Origin: a virus
Length of the DNA: 64,000 nucleotides
Virus record (IMG/VR): IMGVR_UViG_3300027973_000028
Coordinates: 32,001 to 96,000 of that record
Direction: 5' to 3' (one strand)
In this document: piece by piece, positions 7,433 through 17,100 of the stretch
Layout of the letters: the number at the start of each line of letters is the position of its first letter
How positions within the stretch are numbered: position 1 is the stretch's first letter
Notes under the pieces: generated by a model
Seen by the model: only the letters and a program-made list of their open reading frames with translations
The model's database searches: none
Told to the model about the DNA's origin: nothing
Position numbers and translations under genes: made by a program

Positions 7433-9571
7433 TTATGCATCCCTATGTTTAAACTTAATTCTTACAGATTCAACTATAGGAGATGACAATGGATCTTCAT
7501 ACCTATTTAAATCTACCCTATACCTAATGGAATTTACGGCTGATTGATTATTAGAGGTATAAATAAAGTTTGAATTTCCCGATAGCTCCCTTGAAGCTAG
7601 TACTTCTTTTCTTCCAAAAATTGTATCTATTGTAAAATAATAGCTGTCTTCATTTACTTTATTCTGAAACTCAAATGGGTCCAAATAATTAAAATAATCA
7701 ACAAAAATTAATCCGTATCTAGAGAGGGACAAACCTTCTATCAGATTAAAGGAAACTTGTCCTGATACCAATTTATCATAAGTTATTATTATTTTATTAA
7801 TTCCAGATTTAAATTCCCATTCAACGACCTTGCTTCCTGTTCCCTTTGGAAGATCTGCTATTAAAATTCCATTTAAATATATTGCTAGATTAAAATTAGG
7901 ATTAGATTTTGAGACATTATGTACAACATTTAGAGGGCCTTGTCTTATTATTGATGTCTCTATATACCCTGAACTATAAGAGTTTATTCCTGGATTTATA
8001 GAACCTATTTGTTCCTTTAGCGTATTTGATAAAAGTGAAGCCGGCTTATTATTGAATATATCAGACCAATATTCAAGATCTTTATATTTTCCATCTGCTA
8101 CAGACTCACCTGCATATATTAAATAGTTATGCTTTAGGCAATCTACTCCGCCTAAAAGAATTGAGTTTAAATAATTTTCTTCAGAACTAAGTGCAGTAAT
8201 CCTATACGCATTTTTTCCAGAATATATTTTATTATTTGGATTTAATTCATTTGCATTTACTGCCGAAGAGTTGATTGGTATATATTTTAGTTCGTTTTCT
8301 TCAGGCGTATTTGATATATAAACATTATTTCTAGTTGATCCATCAAGATAAACAACAGGATTATAACCAGAGCTTTCTGAACCCTTTGGAGATACTGGAA
8401 TCCAATTATAATCATTAACATTTTGTGCAGTTGGGTTATTGGCAGCGATATAGTAGTTCACTGATGTTCCAGGAATAACCTGCTCCTGAACCTCCATGGA
8501 AACTGCATCTATTATTAAATTTGAATTAGTTTTTGTAGCAATGGATATTGGGGCAGATACCAGTATACCTGATTTAGCGTAGTATTTTGTCCCAATTATC
8601 ATTTCTCTTAAGCCAAATTTATAAACATATGGTCTAGAACTATTTTGATCTATATAGTCTGGTTCATTTTTATATAGAACTATCTCTATCGCTGAATAAG
8701 AATCTGCTGGAATGGCAAAAGAGAATGCATCATAGTCTAATCTTGATGTCTTTGTTTTTATTTCATTTGGTTTTTCTGGATCGGAATATATTGCTCTCAT
8801 CATAATGTTTACTGGAGATGAGGTAAAAGGAATCCCATCTACCTTTGACAATATCGAGGTTTTGTTGACGGGTATGCTCATGGTAAGTGAGACTGGTTGC
8901 GGATTTTCCAAAGACACAACATGATCCCAATATGTATCTGTTAACCCATCAAATATATTATTAAAATTTGTTTTATCAATAGTCTGGTTCAACTGCTGAC
9001 CATTTGCTGTTACTGTAAAATTAACATTATTTCCATTAAGATTGTCAACAGTCATAACATTAAACTGTTCAGATTTTAATTTGCTAATAGTTACATTCCT
9101 AAGCTTAGGATCAAAAAATGCGGAATCGGTTAATGAAAGATCTAATTTGTCTGCTGATATAAAATTTTCTGTAAAAGAATAAAAATATCCATCAGAATTA
9201 TTATTCATGAATATAAGATCATCTACTTTTGATTCTAACTGTAATCTTTTCTTTTTTAAATTTTCTAATTTTTTATTAAGAGATGTAACAATAGAAAATA
9301 ATTCTTCATTATTATCTAGAATTGTGTCATATAAAATATCAACATTATAAATTGTATTAGCCATTATTTGATTTAATAAATCAACATCAGTTTTATTTGA
9401 AGCCCTAAGAAGATCATAATCTACTTTAACTGGATAACCTGGTTGGTTTACGCTAAAATATTCATTAAATGCTTTTCTAACATCTTGTTCAGAGGGTTTT
9501 TGGCCAGAAGAATATATTAATTTGTATATATTATTTAAAAATCTTCTTTTTTGAGTTGTTGAAATGTTCAT
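7433..9571 (-). CDS. virion structural protein (712 aa)
   Basis: N-terminal coiled coil, a discoidin-like NIFDGLTDTYW segment and a shared C-terminal motif; overlaps the upstream gene by ATGA. Confidence 0.6.
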   Translation of the reverse strand: MNISTTQKRRFLNNIYKLIYSSGQKPSEQDVRKAFNEYFSVNQPGYPVKVDYDLLRASNKTDVDLLNQIMANTIYNVDILYDTILDNNEELFSIVTSLNKKLENLKKKRLQLESKVDDLIFMNNNSDGYFYSFTENFISADKLDLSLTDSAFFDPKLRNVTISKLKSEQFNVMTVDNLNGNNVNFTVTANGQQLNQTIDKTNFNNIFDGLTDTYWDHVVSLENPQPVSLTMSIPVNKTSILSKVDGIPFTSSPVNIMMRAIYSDPEKPNEIKTKTSRLDYDAFSFAIPADSYSAIEIVLYKNEPDYIDQNSSRPYVYKFGLREMIIGTKYYAKSGILVSAPISIATKTNSNLIIDAVSMEVQEQVIPGTSVNYYIAANNPTAQNVNDYNWIPVSPKGSESSGYNPVVYLDGSTRNNVYISNTPEENELKYIPINSSAVNANELNPNNKIYSGKNAYRITALSSEENYLNSILLGGVDCLKHNYLIYAGESVADGKYKDLEYWSDIFNNKPASLLSNTLKEQIGSINPGINSYSSGYIETSIIRQGPLNVVHNVSKSNPNFNLAIYLNGILIADLPKGTGSKVVEWEFKSGINKIIITYDKLVSGQVSFNLIEGLSLSRYGLIFVDYFNYLDPFEFQNKVNEDSYYFTIDTIFGRKEVLASRELSGNSNFIYTSNNQSAVNSIRYRVDLNRYEDPLSSPIVESVRIKFKHRDA

Positions 9572-11472
9572 ATTTTTTTAACCTTTGCGGCCAATGTATA
9601 AGAGTATACATTTGGAACAACGTTTGTATTTGGATCCTTTAGTAATTTTATTTTAACTAATATGCTCTTAACCTCTTGTGGAATTTTTGGATAGTTTTCA
9701 TATCCTACGCCTGGAAGCTTGTACCCTGGTGAAACATTTTGATTGAATACTAAAATTTCTGGATTTTGTGAAGAAGTAGAAGAGCTAAATCCATACTGAG
9801 TAGAACTTATTTCAAACCAATTATTTCCACCATCAACAGATATTTCAGATGATATGAGTTGAATATTTGAAGAAACACTTTTTACGTCGCTCTCTATGCC
9901 AAGCATTACTGACTCTACTGGATAATCGAAAACATAGGGTAGAGAGATAATTTCTGCTGAATCTAAATATTCAATATATTCGACTGAAACATCTCTTAAG
10001 CCAATAGACATCCTTCTGCTTTTGATTATATCTCTTTGTAATTTTAGCGGGACAGTAAATGTTTGAACTGACTCAGATGTATTTGTGTTAGTGATTCTTT
10101 TTTTTACAGATATACTTATTTCTTTGCTAGTAACATTATTTTTCTTAAAAATATTTGGATTGCTTAATGGTGGAATTATTGCATCTTTGTTGTAATTTAT
10201 TTCTTGATAAATATCTTTGCTTAAAGAATCTGGATTAAATCTTACAGAACCAAAAAATGGACTATTATCTGATTTAGATCCGGTATAATCTGTAGCCCAG
10301 TAGGTATGCATTATCTCTTCTTCATTAAAATACGGCTGCTCAAGAATAATTCTAACTTTTAATACTTTTCTATCAGAAAATTTAACAACAGCTGAATCGA
10401 AATAGTATTTTGAATAAGCCTCTTTTGTTAAGCTTTCTGGAGACAGCCCTATGTAAAAAGGTTCCCTAACAATATGTTCTGTTTCACCCAAATCGTTGGT
10501 AACATAAATGTTAGAAACTTTTACTATTTTTGTATATCCAAAATATGGAGATATTTTTATCGAATTAGCCATTGACGCGGCATTTGCTTCAATCGTAAAA
10601 TCTAACTTTAAAGGTTCTTGCAAATTATGGTTTGACCAATTAACTAAACTGCGTTTTGGCGCCGAAGAAAGTTCTTCTGAATCAACTATATAAGAAAACT
10701 CATTATCAGATGGAGCAAAATCAAATACATTTTGATACTTAGTTTTATCAACATTTAAAGCTTCATATTCAAAATATGTTAATGGATTTTTATCTATTAT
10801 ATTTAGTGGATTAGATATTGAGGGACTGTTTTTAAAAACATATTCATAATTTATTTTATCTAATTCATCTTTTCTTTTAATAACGATATGATTATTCCCC
10901 ATAAACCCATTGGAATTATTCAATGTTAATCTAGATACATTCCAGTTGACAGTCTTTGCTGCCTGAATAGTTGCTGCACTGTTGTGTATCATTGGATTTT
11001 GATTTACTTTCATTTTAGAAAAATCCATGTAATCTTGATTATCAAACGAATCGCCAATGTAAACTATATCTTCTGCTGGACTTGAGGAATACATCTGAAG
11101 TATTTTTGTTTTTGAAAATATTCTTTGAGAATACTTTTTTTCATTTTCTATTTCAGAAGTAAATAAATTAAATATACTTATAGTTTTTGCAGTTAAATAA
11201 TCTAATTGCTTGGCAGATATGTTGATATCATTTTTTAATGAATTAACAAATTTATTTATTTTGGTCGATGTTGGTGGTTCGCCTTTTGTAAATAAATCTA
11301 AACTTGTATTAAATGAATCTATATTTTTATAGGCGTCACTCAATGCCTGGTTAAAGTCCGATATTAGATCTTGCTTTGTAATGTATTTGCCATTTTTTAG
11401 TTTGTCAGCTATAGAAGAAAGTGATGTGGCAACTTGATCAAAAATAGATGTTGATGGTGATAGTTGTGCCAT
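9568..11472 (-). CDS. virion structural protein (634 aa)
   Basis: Same architecture as neighbours; contains an Asp-box-like SVDGGNNW. Confidence 0.6.
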   Translation of the reverse strand: MAQLSPSTSIFDQVATSLSSIADKLKNGKYITKQDLISDFNQALSDAYKNIDSFNTSLDLFTKGEPPTSTKINKFVNSLKNDINISAKQLDYLTAKTISIFNLFTSEIENEKKYSQRIFSKTKILQMYSSSPAEDIVYIGDSFDNQDYMDFSKMKVNQNPMIHNSAATIQAAKTVNWNVSRLTLNNSNGFMGNNHIVIKRKDELDKINYEYVFKNSPSISNPLNIIDKNPLTYFEYEALNVDKTKYQNVFDFAPSDNEFSYIVDSEELSSAPKRSLVNWSNHNLQEPLKLDFTIEANAASMANSIKISPYFGYTKIVKVSNIYVTNDLGETEHIVREPFYIGLSPESLTKEAYSKYYFDSAVVKFSDRKVLKVRIILEQPYFNEEEIMHTYWATDYTGSKSDNSPFFGSVRFNPDSLSKDIYQEINYNKDAIIPPLSNPNIFKKNNVTSKEISISVKKRITNTNTSESVQTFTVPLKLQRDIIKSRRMSIGLRDVSVEYIEYLDSAEIISLPYVFDYPVESVMLGIESDVKSVSSNIQLISSEISVDGGNNWFEISSTQYGFSSSTSSQNPEILVFNQNVSPGYKLPGVGYENYPKIPQEVKSILVKIKLLKDPNTNVVPNVYSYTLAAKVKKI

Positions 11473-11474
11473 AT

Positions 11475-14150
11475 TTAATTGACCGCCAATGCTTTGGTTA
11501 ATTTGTCGTAATAAGGATCATAATTTTTTGTTTTTGCTTTAATAAGCACTGCATCAATTGATGCCTGATAAAGAATTTTTGATACATTTTTTCTAATTAT
11601 TATTCTAAATCTAGTAGAGTTAGAAACGTATTCGTAAATTACCGAAAATGAATCAGATAAAATCTGATTAAATGCTATTTCTTTGCCATTTTGTATGAAA
11701 TAAACTCTTGAACTATCAGTAAACGATGGAAGATCTTTACTGTTGGTATAGTTTGTTAGGTTAATTGCGTAAGATCCATCCGACAAAAGTACTTTGATCG
11801 GACTATAGCCCTGATAGTCTGAGGAAAATATTGTGCCGTATGCGGGATTGTAGCTAGAAGTTTGGGCGTAGGTTGTATTGATATAAGGAAAATTACTTAG
11901 TGTTATTCTTCCCGTATAATCTGTCATTGGGAACCTTTCACCCTGACCCTGATCGTTAAAATATGATTTAGTTGACTCTTGAAATAATTTATTTTTAATA
12001 AAATCAATATTATCATAATTAAAAAGGGTTAAATCTGTTTTATATTTACAAACATATATAGAATTAATGTCTAATGAACTAATAATTATTGAATTTTCCT
12101 TTAAAGAATATTTATTTGGTGAAACCATATAACCGTCTTTATACAAAACAAATGTTTCTTTTTTAAAATAAAATCTTGTATACGCAGATAACGATTGTAA
12201 ATCAAAAAATAAAACCTCTGAATCTATTTGATCGTTTCCATACTCCAGTATTGAAATCCAATCACTTTCGGATACAGGTATTTCTGTATTGGATATAGAA
12301 ATCTCATAAGATATAGGTTCTTTTAGATCAAAATTAAATCTATTAAAATCTATTATATTTTTACTCTTAACCAAAGAAGCTTTTAGGGCTAAAGGATATC
12401 CGTTGAATGGAATTTTTTTACTAACAAAACATGCTTTATTAGAATCTACCTTATCTACTGCTGCAAATTCTATTGATTTAATAGAAAAAGTATATTCATA
12501 TTGATCTATTTTTTCTAAAATAAATAAATCTTTAAATATAGAACGGTTTGATCTTGAAATTGTTTCTGCAAATAACTCTTGTGTTTTTCCTGAAAATATA
12601 TTATTTGAATCTTTTTGCAGAAGCATTCCTGGTTTTTTAAAATCATAGTTTTCTGAAAATATAGATCCAGATTCAACAAAAGTTGAATTATTAAAAATTT
12701 CTCCACTGTCTTTAATCATATGAACAAAAAAGTTTTGAAACAAAGTAGATAAAATTGTACTCCATTTTTCATCTATTAAATTAGATTGAATATTTTCTTC
12801 TGAAAAATTATCTCTGCCCATTTTATTAGCGAATGTTTTATTAACATTTGGGTATTTATATGAATAATAACTATCATTCATATATTTATTTTTAAATAAA
12901 TCTTTAATAGAATTATTTCTTAAAAATAAATTGTATACTAAATCCTGTAATTTATCTGTATTAGACCTTCTTATTTCTCTTATTTCTCTGCCAATATCAT
13001 ATACAGCTTTTGCGTTTAATTCACTTGATGAAGTAACATTCTCATTCTTGGAATAAACTGGTTGATTAAATATAAGTATAATTTTACTTACATTTCTTCT
13101 TGGAAAAGAAATTTCAGTAATAGAATCCAGTTGCTTCGGTTCCGTTAATACAGAAATAGTTGTCGTAGAAGATATGGGATCTCCAATGCTGTTGATAGTA
13201 TACGATTCAACTGCTTGATCGGAATCTGTTGCTTCTTCTAAAATTGTTTCGTAATCTTTATAGACATAACTTTCTGTAGAGTCAGAAGACAGAACTGCCT
13301 GTAGCAATTGAAGGCCGTTCCCGTGGCCCGGTGTTATGTATATTGTATCTATTTCTTGTGGAAATGCAAAAGACATTTCAACAATATTTTGTGCACCATT
13401 AATATAAGAAGTATCATAAGATATATATTTTTTAATATCATCTATTTTTGATGTTAAAATAACTGGAGATTTTATACTTACGTTCCAAGAATCTGATTTA
13501 CTATCATTTAAAGTTGCATAAAAACCACTGTCACTTGATTTATAGTTTTCATAATTGCTTTTAATTTTTATATCATCGATAAAATCGAGTGCGTTTTTGG
13601 TTGTGATACCACTACCAATTTTAAATACACCAGCTTTTGTATCAACAAAACCATTGCCATTCTCGTCAAAATGAGAACCGTCTCTATCAATTAAATCAAA
13701 TAAATAACCGTCTGTTCTATAATCATTTAAATAATTATCAAATTTTTCTATATAATTTGAATTATATAAATCATCTTTTCCTGCTATAAATTCATAATTA
13801 TCAATAAAAATCTGTAATGTATCTAAATCTTTTTCTACTTTTTCAATTTCAGAAAAGAAAATATCGATCATCGAATTCAGCATTAAGCCAACTGTATTGG
13901 CTGACGCATAGTAGCTTCTCATTCTTAAGTCTGCGTCTCTAAAAATGTCGATAAAAAACTCTTTATTCAAAGAACTAAATTGACTAAATATAGATGGAGA
14001 ATAACTTGTGTCCACTCTTATTTGTGAAAGTTTTGAAATCAAGCTAGATACATCTGATTTATCAATCTTCATTTGATTGATCAAAGAAGATACTGTAGCT
14101 TGAGAGCTGTTTGAAAAACTATTAATTACATTTGGAAGTTGTTTTAACAT
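11475..14150 (-). CDS. virion structural protein (891 aa)
   Basis: Long ORF in the baseplate/fibre cluster, translationally coupled (TAATG). Confidence 0.6.
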   Translation of the reverse strand: MLKQLPNVINSFSNSSQATVSSLINQMKIDKSDVSSLISKLSQIRVDTSYSPSIFSQFSSLNKEFFIDIFRDADLRMRSYYASANTVGLMLNSMIDIFFSEIEKVEKDLDTLQIFIDNYEFIAGKDDLYNSNYIEKFDNYLNDYRTDGYLFDLIDRDGSHFDENGNGFVDTKAGVFKIGSGITTKNALDFIDDIKIKSNYENYKSSDSGFYATLNDSKSDSWNVSIKSPVILTSKIDDIKKYISYDTSYINGAQNIVEMSFAFPQEIDTIYITPGHGNGLQLLQAVLSSDSTESYVYKDYETILEEATDSDQAVESYTINSIGDPISSTTTISVLTEPKQLDSITEISFPRRNVSKIILIFNQPVYSKNENVTSSSELNAKAVYDIGREIREIRRSNTDKLQDLVYNLFLRNNSIKDLFKNKYMNDSYYSYKYPNVNKTFANKMGRDNFSEENIQSNLIDEKWSTILSTLFQNFFVHMIKDSGEIFNNSTFVESGSIFSENYDFKKPGMLLQKDSNNIFSGKTQELFAETISRSNRSIFKDLFILEKIDQYEYTFSIKSIEFAAVDKVDSNKACFVSKKIPFNGYPLALKASLVKSKNIIDFNRFNFDLKEPISYEISISNTEIPVSESDWISILEYGNDQIDSEVLFFDLQSLSAYTRFYFKKETFVLYKDGYMVSPNKYSLKENSIIISSLDINSIYVCKYKTDLTLFNYDNIDFIKNKLFQESTKSYFNDQGQGERFPMTDYTGRITLSNFPYINTTYAQTSSYNPAYGTIFSSDYQGYSPIKVLLSDGSYAINLTNYTNSKDLPSFTDSSRVYFIQNGKEIAFNQILSDSFSVIYEYVSNSTRFRIIIRKNVSKILYQASIDAVLIKAKTKNYDPYYDKLTKALAVN

Positions 14151-17100
14151 TATATTTCCCAGATCTCTCCATCTAAATTCTGTATTTGGAAAGAAATACC
14201 AGCAGTTAGATTTCTACGAATTATATCATATATTTCTTCTATATTTTCAAAGTTATTTTTAACTTCATCTGGTATCCTAATTACTACAAATCCACCTCTT
14301 GGATATGAGCATCCGTGTATTGGGTACACGTCCCAGTTTGAAAGGAGATTATCTATCTCTGAATCTATCTGTACGAATTGGTGCTCGGCTGCTATGCCAC
14401 CACCCCTTAATCTCGTATCATATATCTCTGTTTGCTTCTTGTTAGGGTTATTAGTAAAGTATATAATGCCGATTGGCAATGCGAAGGGGTCGTGCTTCGG
14501 TGAATATTCATTAAATATTTCAGAATTATACGTAAAATTATACGGATAACTTGGAACGTAATCCTGTAATGGCACATATTCAGCGGCGTCAGCTGAGTTT
14601 GTTGAGAGTTTATTAATCTTTATTGGTAGCACATATATGTATAAGGGTTTATTAAATTTGATATTTTTAGAATTTAAAAATGGATTAAGAGGAACTGTCT
14701 CTCCATTCGATTGATATATCATCAAATCAGAATTTTTAATTACATAATTTACTTTTATTAAATTTTCATCAGAAGGAATTATTCTATTGTTAAATTCTAT
14801 TAAACCAGAACTGCAATTGTAATCTCTAACTTCAGAGAGGGATAATTTTTCCCATTCGGAAGATGAAGTTTCTTTTGTGTATATCTCAATCTGTGGTTTA
14901 AATAAAGGGGCTACTGAATTTTTATAATTAGTCGGTTCTGGCCAAACAACTAATGGTGTTTGTCTTAGCTTAATTTGTTTGTCAGAAACTAATATTGGTT
15001 TTTCATTTTTAACATCATAATATCCTCTACCAAAAATATTAGACCAATTTACACCCTTAGCCGAAGTTGTGTCATAAGTCGCAATAAGAGTTTGGTTTAT
15101 ATAATTAGATTTCCAATCCTCATAAATAGATATGTCTGATATATTAATCGATTTAGTAAAGGATCCGGATGTTATTATCAGCGGCCATGCTTGTTTTTTG
15201 TCGACATAAGAATCCATATTACCAATTTTTATTGCTGTTCCAGAATTATATTTAACAGAATAAACAGGACATATTTTTTTAATTGGAATATTTGTTGGGA
15301 TAAAAGTTGTGCTGACTTTTGGTCCAATATAATCTATAATGTTCTGGGTATTACCATCTGAATCATAGGCAACAACTGCAAGAAATATATTGTTTATACC
15401 CCTAACAATCATGTCTACATATGAAACTGTATCTCCTAAGAATTCTTTCTGAGCAAAATCATAAAATCCATAAATAAATCCGTCTTGTTCTGGAATTCTA
15501 TTTTTAACATAGACAAAACCCAGTCTCGCGTCTTTTTCTTGCTCTGTTGCTGTTGATCCAAAGTAACTCGAGATTTCAGAACCGCTTGGTATACCGACAG
15601 GTTTTCCAAATTCGTTACACAACAACAATGTTCCGTCTAATGTTGTTATAGATTCTTTTTTAGGCACTATTACATTGTTTAAATTTTTCATTAAATACTG
15701 ATTAATATATTTAAGTGGAGTGCTAATTACGCTTGAACCGGAGTAGTAAGTGGCTGAAGTTTCTATTGTTAATCTTGTTGCATTTCCCGAGGATGGATTT
15801 GTTTCTAAATAATTTATACTTAAAACAGAAGATGGTGAAGACACATTTGATCCTGTTTCTGAAACTAAAGAAGTTAAAGAAACAGAATTTGATCCATTTA
15901 AATCAACATAAAGCTGCTTAGTAAAATCGAATACAACACCGGAACTAGCAGTAAAATTAGCCGTAGAAAGTTTAATAGAACTTGATAGAGATTCTGTGTA
16001 TGATTTATTTAAATAGCTATATACCAAAGAACCAAATGTCAATGGAATTGTTTTGACTGTATTAGTATCATATTTGACTGTATGGTTTTTTAACGCCGAA
16101 AGGTCAGAGAACTTTTCCGCAGTTGTTGCCGTAACATATGCGTCTACAGTTTTTGTTATAACTTTTGTATCAGTTCTAATATTTTTTTCTGTATTTTCAG
16201 AAAAAGAAACTTCAGACCAAGACGATCCATTCCATGAATAATATTTTTCTGTGTCTACAGTATATATCAAATATCCAGACTGATTTGACTTAAGAGTGTT
16301 TGCATCATAATAAACATTTGGATTATTCTCAGTCCAATAGTTTGCTATATCTTCTATTTCTGGTTTATTCAAACTAGGAAATGCGTTGTAGGTTTCCGAA
16401 ACTGGAACTTCTATTTCCTCTGGATCGCCATATACTGGAGCTGTTGTAGTTGCATTCCCAACTATGTCACATCTGATGCTTCTGATTTGATATCCTTCAG
16501 CGTTTCCATATTTAGACTGGTTGATTACTGTATCGTTAGTCCTAAAATAAATATAAACATATTTACAATTTCCTATTGGTTGATCGTGCATCGACAGGAT
16601 AACGTTTCCAGAACTATCTGGTTTTTTGTTGACAGTATAACCATTGTATACGCTATTGTTTATAGTATTAGCAAAAGAAACATTATTAGCTGCATGGTTT
16701 ACTGGGGAAAAACCATAAGACACTACTGTTACATTGCGCCAATTTTCAAGAGTTCCAAAATTAATTTTAATATTTTTTACCGTTTCTGCACCGTCGGGTA
16801 TGGTGAAAAATATTACATCTTGGATTCTTGTTACCTGAGTTCCGATTCCTCCACCAGAATAACTTACTCTTCTATATTTTCCTCCAGAATTTATTTCATT
16901 TATATCACCCTGCGACAATGCTGCGTCGTAATACTTTGAAACTCCGTTAGAGCTACATAGGTTTTTAGCTGTTACCGAATTTATAATACCAAGTGACATT
17001 GCACTCACGAATAAAGATTTTGTTTGGCTATCTACTTTTCCGTCAACAATACCATCAAATCGTACGCCACTTGTTTCCATTCTGTTTTGAAAAGCAGATA

